From a virus (Duplodnaviria; Caudoviricetes), in the IMG/VR virus record IMGVR_UViG_3300049436_000163, positions 1 to 34,044 of that record: a stretch of 34,044 nucleotides of DNA; one strand, 5' to 3'. The position numbers and the translations under genes are program-made. Shown here piece after piece: positions 1 through 8,120 of the stretch (within the stretch, counting starts at the first letter, position 1; each line of letters starts with the position of its first letter). The notes beneath the pieces are model-generated. The model saw only the letters and a program-made list of their open reading frames with translations. It was not told where the DNA came from and did not search any database.

Positions 1-1275
1 GTCCGAGGCAACGTCCTGCACCGGGTGGCTGTATGGCCATCCCTGCGGCACCCACAGCGTTTGCGTTAGCTCAGCGCGCTGCGTGGCATAGTCGGCCACG
101 TCGAGCGCGCTCGAAAGGACGGCCCGATCGAACCAGGCGATCCTGATTCGCTGGCAGAACTGCGGGATGAAGAAGAGCCATTGGCGCATCTCGAGCCCGC
201 GACGGAACTCGTTCAGGATCAGGCGAAGCGCCCGGTCAGAGACGTTGCGCAGGTCGCCCGTCAGCACTTCGTAGGGCACGCCCACGCGCGCCGCAATCGC
301 CTGCAGGTGCCCTCTCAGGAAATCGCCGTAGTCGTTGCCAGGTGCCGGCGGCTGCGAAAAATGCGCCTCCATGCCCGGTGGCAGTTCCTGCATCGTGCCC
401 GGCTCCAGCCCGACCAGCGGCGTACCGTCCGCATCCGTGTCAGTCGTCGCGCCCTCGTTCGGGCTGTTCGGATCCTCCGGACCCGGCGTCTGCGTGTAGA
501 AGCCCGCGAACAGGTTGGCGATCTTCTGCCGCTCAAGCACCGCGTCGTCCAGGCTGTCCACGTGGAACATCCGGACCATGACCGAGGCCCAATCCGGGAT
601 GCCGCGCAGCTGGCCCGCGCGCGTCGGCCGATAGAGGTGGATCACCTCCTCAGCCGGAATCCTTCGCAGCTCGTTGCTCTCGTTCCACTGATGCCCGTCA
701 CCCGGGTGATGCGGATACATCCAGTAAGCGAGCCGTTTGCCGATCGCATTGAACTCGATTCCGGCGCGGATCGGGTTGCCGTTCGGAGACTGTCGGTACA
801 GGTCGGCGGGACACTGCTCGGCCTCGATCAACTGCACCTGCAATGGCACCTGCAGGCCGTCCGACTCCCGGCGTGGACGCAGGCGCGCGAACACTTCACC
901 CACCTCGGCCCATTCATGCCACGCGAGGTATTGCAGCCCTCCGAAGTCCAGCACGCCATCGGCATCGAGCTCCGACCACGATGCATTCCAGAGCGCGCTC
1001 ACCTGCTTTTTCAGGTCCGCGTCGCCATTGACCATCTTTGCCTGGATGCCGACGCCGATACCGTTCGAGTCCAACCGGTCCAGGAGCGCGCCCGCCCACG
1101 GGTCATTCCGCGCCGCGTCGCGCGCACGGTTGCGAATCGTGCCCAGCGAAGTGACGTTGACCGTGTTCGGACCGGGCGATCCGACCCGCCACGTGCGCAA
1201 CCTCCGACCGACGCTGCCGGCGCGATAGTCCGGGTTCTGGGCGGACGCAGCCGGCAGCGTGAATCCGTCGGACAT
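1..1275 (-). CDS. Phage portal protein, lambda family (3' end beyond window)
   Basis: Manual translation from ATG 1275: MSDGFTLP...IRNRARDAARNDPWAGALLDRLDSNGIGVGI...PLQVQLIEAEQCP...IRAGIEFNAIGKRLAYW; overlaps gpW stop (TGATG). Confidence 0.9.
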   Translation of the reverse strand, partial: MSDGFTLPAASAQNPDYRAGSVGRRLRTWRVGSPGPNTVNVTSLGTIRNRARDAARNDPWAGALLDRLDSNGIGVGIQAKMVNGDADLKKQVSALWNASWSELDADGVLDFGGLQYLAWHEWAEVGEVFARLRPRRESDGLQVPLQVQLIEAEQCPADLYRQSPNGNPIRAGIEFNAIGKRLAYWMYPHHPGDGHQWNESNELRRIPAEEVIHLYRPTRAGQLRGIPDWASVMVRMFHVDSLDDAVLERQKIANLFAGFYTQTPGPEDPNSPNEGATTDTDADGTPLVGLEPGTMQELPPGMEAHFSQPPAPGNDYGDFLRGHLQAIAARVGVPYEVLTGDLRNVSDRALRLILNEFRRGLEMRQWLFFIPQFCQRIRIAWFDRAVLSSALDVADYATQRAELTQTLWVPQGWPYSHPVQDVASD

Positions 1276-1484
1276 CAGTAGCCGCTTCCGGACTGGTATG
1301 CGCGGAACGTGCGGCGCCGGCGCTTGCCCTGCGAGGCATCGAGTTCCTTCTGGAACCGGTCGCGCGCCTCGATCATGTCCTGCGTGCTTTGGTAGGAGAC
1401 CGTTCGATCCCGGTACTGCACGGAGCGGTGACCGCTCAAGATAGCCCTGTTGAGCTTGTCGATATCGGCCTGCGTGATCGCCAT
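1275..1484 (-). CDS. Head-tail joining protein, gpW-like
   Basis: MAITQADIDKLNRAILSGHRSVQYRDRTVSYQS; small gene between terL and portal (alternative start 1487). Confidence 0.85.
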   Translation of the reverse strand: MAITQADIDKLNRAILSGHRSVQYRDRTVSYQSTQDMIEARDRFQKELDASQGKRRRRTFRAYQSGSGY

Positions 1485-3565
1485 CATCCCCTCAGGTACT
1501 TGCTGCGCACCACGCGGCGCCGCGTCGGCCGAGGGGCGGGCTTCGGCGATTCCTCGCCTAGCAGCACCTCGGGGTTCTTGTCCCACTCCGCGGCCCATGT
1601 GGGCGGCGAAGACCAGTTGATCGATCCGAAGCGCAGCCACAGCGACAGCGCGTCTGCCTGCACCGTGAGGTCGAGTGCTTCGTTGCGCCGATGAGCGAGA
1701 TTCACCCATCCGTTGTCGGTCCGGGTTTCCGCCGTGAGCTCTTCGTAGAACGCAGTCGGCAGCCAGGACGGAAAGTGAAAGAAGCCGGGGCCGCGGTCCT
1801 CACGCGCGATGTTCGCGCCGACCGTGTCCTTGATCCGGTTGACGTTCATCAGCAGCTGCGGCACGTCGCCGATCGCCCCTGACTTGCGATCCTCGCGCTT
1901 ACGCGCGTCGGGGTTCGTCTCGCGAATCAGTGGCGTGCCCGCGCGGCCATCGCCCTTGGTGAGACGGACTCGCCAGTGCAGGCGCTGCGCGCGCAGCTTC
2001 CGCCAGAACTCCAGGGCGCGCTGTGACGTGCCGGACTTACCGCCCCAATCGATGGCGGCGGCGCGCACCGGCAGCGTCCGGCCGGAGTGGTCACACAACG
2101 CATAGCGCCGTGTGATGACCTTCTCGATCAGCCGGTCCCAGTCCTCGATGTACTTCGGCGGATCCAGCGGGAAGTAGCCGCCATGGCCATCCTCGCGCCG
2201 GGAGGACTTCAGGCTGAACCAGTCCACCACCCAGCGCTCGAGGCCGCCGATCGGCGATGGACCCCAGCCGTAAATCAGCACGACGAAGCGGTTCGCCTGC
2301 ACGTCCACCTGGCCGGTGAGGAAGCGCACGCCCTCCGGCACGGTGCCCGGTGCCCACTGCTCTGCGCGCGCCTCAAGTCCTGTCGGATCGCCTTCCGAGC
2401 GAGCTGCCATCGGCAGGTATGGGAGAGCCTGGTCGATGTTCGTCGTCGTGCGCAGTGGCTTCTCCTCGCCAGTCATGGCGAAGGTCCGCACCGCCTGCAG
2501 GTGTCGCTCCACCAGCGACGTCCAAGTCTGGTATGCCGCGGCAACACCGCCGAGCCAGAAGCTCGCCGTGCTCGACTCCACCAACTTGCCGGAGACTGTT
2601 CCGTCTTCATTCACAGCCTGTCCATCTCCGGCCCAGCGGCCAGCCCGATTCATCTGCCGCTTCCATCGATGCTCCAGGCCAACCGAGCAGTGCGGACAGA
2701 ACAGGAGCGCGAACTTGCGTGCCATCACGAGCACGTCCTCAGCCACTACGCGCTCCAGCAGTTCCTTCCACGGCGGCAGCTGAAACCCGTCCAGACCGGG
2801 CGCCGCCTGGAAGTACTGCTTGCACTCGGGACACGGCCAATACCATCGCCGCCGATCGCCGCGCATGTAGAGCGAAGCGATGCCCGGCGCCGGCGGCGCC
2901 GCGTGCGCGCTCGAGGCGCGCCACTTCCCGTCCGCGTAGTCGCGCGCCGGAGAGCTCTCGGCCACCAGGATGCCGGCGGACATGAAGGTCTGAATGCGCT
3001 TCAGGAACATCCCGAAGGCCTCATCGATCGACATGTCGCCGGTGAAGTTGTCGACATCGGTCATCAGGACCACACGCAGGTCCTTGCCCGACGCGACCGA
3101 CAGAGATGGCCAGCCGAACTGCAGGCTCATGCCGCTGCGGAAGAACTTCAGCAGCACGTTGTCATCGTGCGCACGTGGACTTATCCGCGACAGCAGTTCG
3201 GGGCTCGCCTTGATGGCGCGTGCGATCCGCAGCTTGCTGAACTTCTCGGCCTCGGTCTGATTCGTCTGCACGATCATCGTGTCAGCCGGATCGCAGGTCA
3301 CCGTGTACGCCAGGCGGCCATCGACGAGTGAAACCGTCTTGCCGGAGCGTGCCGGCCCGACGAACACGATCGCTTCGTATCGGCGGCTCGCCGTAAGGTC
3401 GAGCGGCTCAACCATGTACGGCGTGACGTCCGGCGACCAGGGCCCGAAGCTGCCTGACGGGTTGGCAATCTGCAGGACCGCAGCGCCCTCGCTTACTCGC
3501 AGCCGCCGCGGCGGGCGGAGCATCTCGGCGGTATCCCGCCGAACCTCACCCGCTGTCGCGTACAT
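1484..3565 (-). CDS. terL: Terminase large subunit, lambda gpA family
   Basis: Walker A GPARSGKT, CPEC/CPHC Zn motifs, GQVDVQ nuclease motif, C-terminal RNEALD; likely start MYATAGEV at 3565. Confidence 0.95.
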   Translation of the reverse strand: MYATAGEVRRDTAEMLRPPRRLRVSEGAAVLQIANPSGSFGPWSPDVTPYMVEPLDLTASRRYEAIVFVGPARSGKTVSLVDGRLAYTVTCDPADTMIVQTNQTEAEKFSKLRIARAIKASPELLSRISPRAHDDNVLLKFFRSGMSLQFGWPSLSVASGKDLRVVLMTDVDNFTGDMSIDEAFGMFLKRIQTFMSAGILVAESSPARDYADGKWRASSAHAAPPAPGIASLYMRGDRRRWYWPCPECKQYFQAAPGLDGFQLPPWKELLERVVAEDVLVMARKFALLFCPHCSVGLEHRWKRQMNRAGRWAGDGQAVNEDGTVSGKLVESSTASFWLGGVAAAYQTWTSLVERHLQAVRTFAMTGEEKPLRTTTNIDQALPYLPMAARSEGDPTGLEARAEQWAPGTVPEGVRFLTGQVDVQANRFVVLIYGWGPSPIGGLERWVVDWFSLKSSRREDGHGGYFPLDPPKYIEDWDRLIEKVITRRYALCDHSGRTLPVRAAAIDWGGKSGTSQRALEFWRKLRAQRLHWRVRLTKGDGRAGTPLIRETNPDARKREDRKSGAIGDVPQLLMNVNRIKDTVGANIAREDRGPGFFHFPSWLPTAFYEELTAETRTDNGWVNLAHRRNEALDLTVQADALSLWLRFGSINWSSPPTWAAEWDKNPEVLLGEESPKPAPRPTRRRVVRSKYLRG

Positions 3566-4046
3566 CGTCGCTGACGACCTTCTCGTATATCGCCTGGCGA
3601 ACCCGATCGCAGGCCTCTTGCACGCGCTCGACCTGCTCACCGGTCAGTCCCGCATCGCGCTCCAGCACGTCGGGCAGCGTGTCGAAGAACTGCGCGACGA
3701 CCTTCACAAGCGCGGCGTAGTCGGCCTCAACCTCGGGCGCAGGGATCAGCGCACCCGTCGACACCTCGACCTTGAGGCGCTCGTTCTCCGACTGGTAGAA
3801 CGCGCGACGCTCCATCGGCGGGAGGTCGCGCGGATTCTTCTGCTGCTGTTCCGGATCCGCGAGCGCGCGATCGACAAGCGCCGGCGCCGCGTCGGCGAGA
3901 CGGTATACATCGCTGCCACCGCGCTTCCCGCACGGCTGCACGTGCGCGTCTCGCAGCCGCTTGGCTACGGTTCGGCGGTCGAGTCCGAACTCATCCGCGA
4001 GGCGGGAGATGGACCATCCCGCCTGGAATGTCGTAACTTCGCCCAT
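3546..4046 (-). CDS. terS: Terminase small subunit (DUF1441/Nu1-like)
   Basis: N-terminal HTH WSISRLADEFGLDRRTVAKRL, LDTLPDVLERD-type C-terminus, immediately upstream of and overlapping terL. Confidence 0.85.
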   Translation of the reverse strand: MGEVTTFQAGWSISRLADEFGLDRRTVAKRLRDAHVQPCGKRGGSDVYRLADAAPALVDRALADPEQQQKNPRDLPPMERRAFYQSENERLKVEVSTGALIPAPEVEADYAALVKVVAQFFDTLPDVLERDAGLTGEQVERVQEACDRVRQAIYEKVVSDDVRDSG

Positions 4047-4119
4047 CGCATTGCCCGTGCTCAGCCTGCCCAACGGGATTCCCCGAGAAATCCCTGTCAG
4101 AACAGCAACTGTGGTGGAG

Positions 4120-4205
4120 CACCTAGAGCCCCGAAATCTGTGAGAAACCGGGGTCCGAATTACCCGTGGTGGCGCCGCAGCACTCAGGGGCCCCCGGACT
4201 TCCTG
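4120..4205 (-). other. Putative cos/packaging site region
   Basis: Non-coding gap upstream of terS; minus strand GCGGCGCCACCACGGGTAATTCGG resembles lambda cosN context GGGCGGCGACCTCGCGGGTTTTCG. Confidence 0.4.
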
Positions 4206-4271
4206 CATCGGCAATAACTGCGCACCAAGTTCGTGCGTTGCCGGTCAGTAACTGACTGGGCACATTTCCCA

Positions 4272-5087
4272 TCATCGCGCCGACCTCATCGCGCGCTTCA
4301 TGTGCGCTGCGAAGTTGGCGGGAAAGCGCTGATCCCAGATTCGCTGCGCCATCGAGAAGACGTCGTAGGTCGGCTGATACTGCGGCTGGCGCACGATGGC
4401 CATCACCATGTTGAGCATCCACCCGGACGCTGTACGCACCGACTCGAAGATGCCTCTCGGTAAGTGTTTGGCTCTGCCCTTGCCACCGACGAAGTACCGC
4501 GCGCGCCTGCTCACGTCCTTGCGCCGTGAGCGCTTGCGGCGACTTTCCGAGGTGCTCCGCGCTAAGGGATCGAACGTAGCCTGCAGGTCCGACAGCACGG
4601 TTTGAATGACGCCGCGCTTCAGTCCTCCGAACTCATCGAGATCAGCGGTAATGCTGGGCACGATGAAATCGTTTGGCCCAATGACATGTGCGTTACGCAG
4701 CAGCACCTCGCTGCGCTTCGGCCGGCGCGCTCCGCCCCGGACCTGCCACTGCAGGTACTTCACGGGTGGGATCTGGAAGCCGGCAAAGTCACTGGCGTAG
4801 GCCGGTGTCCCGAACCGCGGGTCCACAAACTTGCCAACACCAGGCGATCCCTTCAGGGCGACCTGTGCAACCAGCGTCTCCTTGGTCGCCTTCTCGTAGA
4901 CCACCGCCCGCAGCGTCGTCGGCGTCGGCCGATCGAACACACGCGACATCTCGTCCTGCCAACCCTGCCGAACTTCGAACGCAGTATCGTTCAACGCCTG
5001 GGCCAAGGCGAAAGGGAGCTGCCGCTTCTCCAGCTCAGTCATGCGCCGCACGAGAGCGCTGGCATCGATACGCGTGTCGATCACCAC
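4272..5087 (-). CDS. Conserved phage protein upstream of terS (morphogenesis/tail completion-like)
   Basis: RQLPFALAQALNDTA...VFDRPTP motif typical of genes preceding terminase in such prophages. Confidence 0.6.
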   Translation of the reverse strand: MVIDTRIDASALVRRMTELEKRQLPFALAQALNDTAFEVRQGWQDEMSRVFDRPTPTTLRAVVYEKATKETLVAQVALKGSPGVGKFVDPRFGTPAYASDFAGFQIPPVKYLQWQVRGGARRPKRSEVLLRNAHVIGPNDFIVPSITADLDEFGGLKRGVIQTVLSDLQATFDPLARSTSESRRKRSRRKDVSRRARYFVGGKGRAKHLPRGIFESVRTASGWMLNMVMAIVRQPQYQPTYDVFSMAQRIWDQRFPANFAAHMKRAMRSAR

Positions 5088-5449
5088 CGCACCTTTCCAA
5101 CGCTGCGGACGGTGAACTCCCTCTCCGGAGCGTCGGACACGATCACCTCGGCAGGCGGGCCCAGCGACACCCAGAACGCGATCATTGCGCCGGGCGACGT
5201 GTCCACGCCCGCATGCGGGAACTGCCTGATGACCACACCCTTGGCAACGACGGACGAGTAGTCCTCGCGTGGGTTCGGAACGAAGCCATCGGCGATGACC
5301 GCTGCTATTGCAGCGTCCTTGCCCAACCCGACCACGTCGGTTGCAGGCACATAAGGCGAGTCGGGTGTATCGGGTGCCAGACCGAACAGCAACAGCGACT
5401 TGCCCGCGTCGGCCTCGCCCAGGCCCAGCGTAATCAGCGCGCTCGACAC
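5081..5449 (-). CDS. Small PASTA-domain protein
   Basis: GTG start overlapping upstream TAG; DVVGLGKDAAIAAVIADGFVPNPREDYSSVVAKGVVIRQFPHAGVDTSPGAMIAFWVSLGP matches PASTA pattern. Confidence 0.7.
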   Translation of the reverse strand: MSSALITLGLGEADAGKSLLLFGLAPDTPDSPYVPATDVVGLGKDAAIAAVIADGFVPNPREDYSSVVAKGVVIRQFPHAGVDTSPGAMIAFWVSLGPPAEVIVSDAPEREFTVRSVGKVRW

Positions 5450-6279
5450 TACGTCGCCCTGCCGATCGCGGTCGGATTGCCCCCGTCGTCCATGGTGAGG
5501 GTCATGAGCGGCGTCTCGCCGTCGGGCTTGTACACGGTCATGGTGGTGCCCTCGCGAGCACGCTCCAGCATGAACTGCACGAGCACGTAGAGAGCCTGCT
5601 TCACCGTCGGCCGAGCGCCGACCGCAGGCACCGAGTCTGCAATCACGTCCGTTGCCAGCGCCGCATCGATCTGCGCCTTGATCGGCGCGGCCCACGCCGT
5701 ATTCCACGGCACGTTGCTGAGGCCTGCGCCCAGCGCACCGATGACAGCCGTGTCTTCGAGGATCGCCGCCAGTACCGCGGCCGTATCGGCCGGAAGGCCG
5801 GCAGTCTTGCCGCCGATGGCCGCGAGCTGCGTGTCGGTGTTCGCCGCGGCCAAGCCCACTGCAGCGCGTACACCCGCTGCATCAAGGCCCGGGTTCGCCG
5901 TGAGCGTGCGCGCGACAGCGCCCCACACTGCGGTCGCAACATCGGCGGCCGTCGGCGGGGCCGCAGCGATGACGCGAATCGTGTCCAGCACTTCGCGTCG
6001 GTACGCACCGATGCCGACCTGCGCTCCGACCATGAGCGTATACATGCTGCCAGCAGCGAACCCATTGGCCGCAGAAGCTGGAATGTTCAGGAAGAAAATC
6101 CCGTCATCCCCGTCGGCGGTGTTTTTCGTGAGCGTACCTGTCTTGATGGCCGCGGCGTTGCCCGGACCGTAGATCCAGTAATCGACATCGCCGGTCGGAT
6201 CCAGCAGTTCCCCGCTGAGGTCAGGGTTCTGGAAGATGACCGTGCGCGAGAGCTGGCCGTCGAGTGGCACTTCAATCAC
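5449..6279 (-). CDS. Hypothetical Ala-rich protein, possible virion accessory protein
   Basis: 276-aa ORF coupled to both neighbours; beta-rich N-terminus, Ala/Thr-rich middle, no signal peptide. Confidence 0.65.
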   Translation of the reverse strand: MIEVPLDGQLSRTVIFQNPDLSGELLDPTGDVDYWIYGPGNAAAIKTGTLTKNTADGDDGIFFLNIPASAANGFAAGSMYTLMVGAQVGIGAYRREVLDTIRVIAAAPPTAADVATAVWGAVARTLTANPGLDAAGVRAAVGLAAANTDTQLAAIGGKTAGLPADTAAVLAAILEDTAVIGALGAGLSNVPWNTAWAAPIKAQIDAALATDVIADSVPAVGARPTVKQALYVLVQFMLERAREGTTMTVYKPDGETPLMTLTMDDGGNPTAIGRAT

Positions 6280-8120
6280 TGGATCACCCCGTCGAGGTAT
6301 GGGCAGTGCTTGGCGACCGTGATGTCGAAGTCGCTGAAAGGTTCGGCTTCGTCACCGGCAGCCTGGGCCTGCGCGACGACGCGGTCTTGCGGCGTCAGGC
6401 GTCGGCAGGAGAACGTCGCCTGCGTGTTCAGCCAGGGCGCGAGCAGCGCGCAGTCCGCCCCGGTCATGGACGATGCCAGACAGTTCGGACGCGTCAGTGT
6501 GTTGAGGGGATACAGGATGCTCGGCACGTCCAACTCGATGCCGGACACGTTCGACGTCAGGCGCATCGTGAGTGCAGCACCCGCCTCGTTCTCCGTGCTC
6601 GTGCCGTCCTCGTCCTGCACCAGGCCGGTAATTCCTACGCCGGCCGGCGGAGTGCCGCTCGCAGTTGTGAGCGTCAGCGCATCGCCCAGGAGATGCCGGC
6701 ACACCGGATCCTCCGGAGTGCCGCCGTAGTCGATCAAGTCTTGGGCCGTGCCGATCTTGTAACCCTTGATGACCGGATAGGCCTCGAAGTCACACCTTAT
6801 GCCCGGATCGTCCACCCAAACCTTGTCGTCAGCGACCGTCCACGCGCTCGTGGCAGTTCGCCAGTGATCGAACTGGATCAGCTGTCGCGACTCATCGCCG
6901 CCGGTGCACAGCGTGCCGTTCCACGGGTAGCAGAAGCGTCCGCCCGAATACCAGTTCAGCGCGTACGAAGATGGCCACGTGATGGTCGGCACCTCGAGGA
7001 TGTCGCCGACGGCAATGTCCGTATTGTCCGGGTCGGCGTTCCAGTCGATGATCCACGATGGGTTGCTGATCGACCCCAGCGTAAGGAACAGCTTGTCGGC
7101 AGGCGCCGCGATCGTGATGTTGAAGGCGTTGCTGACGTCGCTGCCTGCACCGTTGGTCGCTGTGACTACGCACCCCGTGGCGCCCACCGGGGTCGTCGGC
7201 GTGCCGGTGAGCGCACCGGTGCTGGTGTTGAACGACAGGCCGCCAGGCAACGTGCAACTTCCGATGGCATAGCTCGTCGGCGACCCCGTGAAGTACGACG
7301 CGGTATTCAGCGTCGTCATGGCAGTGCCCTTGGTGAGGGCCTGCGTCGGAATCGTTCCCGAGAAGTCCGGAGGGATCGGCGCTGCGTTGAATGCCTGCAC
7401 GATGCAGGCCGACAGCAGTGGGCTGCCCGCGCCCTGATAAGTGATGGTCCCGGCCGGAAGATTCGCAGCGACGGCTTGATACTTGGTGAACTGGGCCACC
7501 GTCATGTCGTTGCCGAGGGTTGTTGAGCCCGCCCCGCCGGCGAGCGTCGAAGTGAACCCGGCGACGCTGTACGACACTCCGGTGCTCGTGCCAGGGAAAT
7601 GGCAGTTCATGACGATGAAGGTGCGGTCGTTCGTGATCGTCAGTCCCGGCGTGTTGGCGACCTGATCCGAACCGCTGGTTGTGGACGAGTTGGTCCCATC
7701 GTTCACCGCATGCACGAGCGTGCCACCGACGTCGAGGCCCGAAACCACCGTGGCAATGGCCGATACCGTGTCGCCTGAGGTGCAACCGGTACAGCTCACC
7801 GTAGGATCGGCGACCGCCACACCGGCGGACTTCGACCACATGGCGTGCGCGTAGGTCGCGCCCGTGGTGGTCGAGTTCGGCCGCTGGTTCACCAGCGTGT
7901 GGCTGCCATCCACAGCGATGACGCGCGATGCGTTCGGGCGCGCAGCTCCGTAGACGAGCTGCGTGTCGCCGGCAGCCGAGGTGGCGCCGTTGTCGGGAGT
8001 CACACTGGCGGCGTTGTCGTGGTCGACGCCAGGCGTCCCCACGATGGCCGGGTCCGCTGCCCACACCGCGGGCGCACCGAGCAGGACTGCGCTCAGCAGC
8101 AGTTTCGACAGGCTGGGCAT
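6276..8120 (-). CDS. Secreted protein with putative Ig (He_PIG-like) domain and degenerate C-terminal PASTA-like segment
   Basis: Signal peptide MPSLSKLLLSAVLLGAPAVWA; LPGGLSFNTSTGALTGTPT...VVTATNGAGS Ig motif; paired Cys. Confidence 0.75.
   Translation of the reverse strand: MPSLSKLLLSAVLLGAPAVWAADPAIVGTPGVDHDNAASVTPDNGATSAAGDTQLVYGAARPNASRVIAVDGSHTLVNQRPNSTTTGATYAHAMWSKSAGVAVADPTVSCTGCTSGDTVSAIATVVSGLDVGGTLVHAVNDGTNSSTTSGSDQVANTPGLTITNDRTFIVMNCHFPGTSTGVSYSVAGFTSTLAGGAGSTTLGNDMTVAQFTKYQAVAANLPAGTITYQGAGSPLLSACIVQAFNAAPIPPDFSGTIPTQALTKGTAMTTLNTASYFTGSPTSYAIGSCTLPGGLSFNTSTGALTGTPTTPVGATGCVVTATNGAGSDVSNAFNITIAAPADKLFLTLGSISNPSWIIDWNADPDNTDIAVGDILEVPTITWPSSYALNWYSGGRFCYPWNGTLCTGGDESRQLIQFDHWRTATSAWTVADDKVWVDDPGIRCDFEAYPVIKGYKIGTAQDLIDYGGTPEDPVCRHLLGDALTLTTASGTPPAGVGITGLVQDEDGTSTENEAGAALTMRLTSNVSGIELDVPSILYPLNTLTRPNCLASSMTGADCALLAPWLNTQATFSCRRLTPQDRVVAQAQAAGDEAEPFSDFDITVAKHCPYLDGVIQ

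Noticed and set aside
181-1281. 366-aa plus-strand ORF
   Set aside because: Antisense shadow of the portal gene; Arg-rich, no motifs
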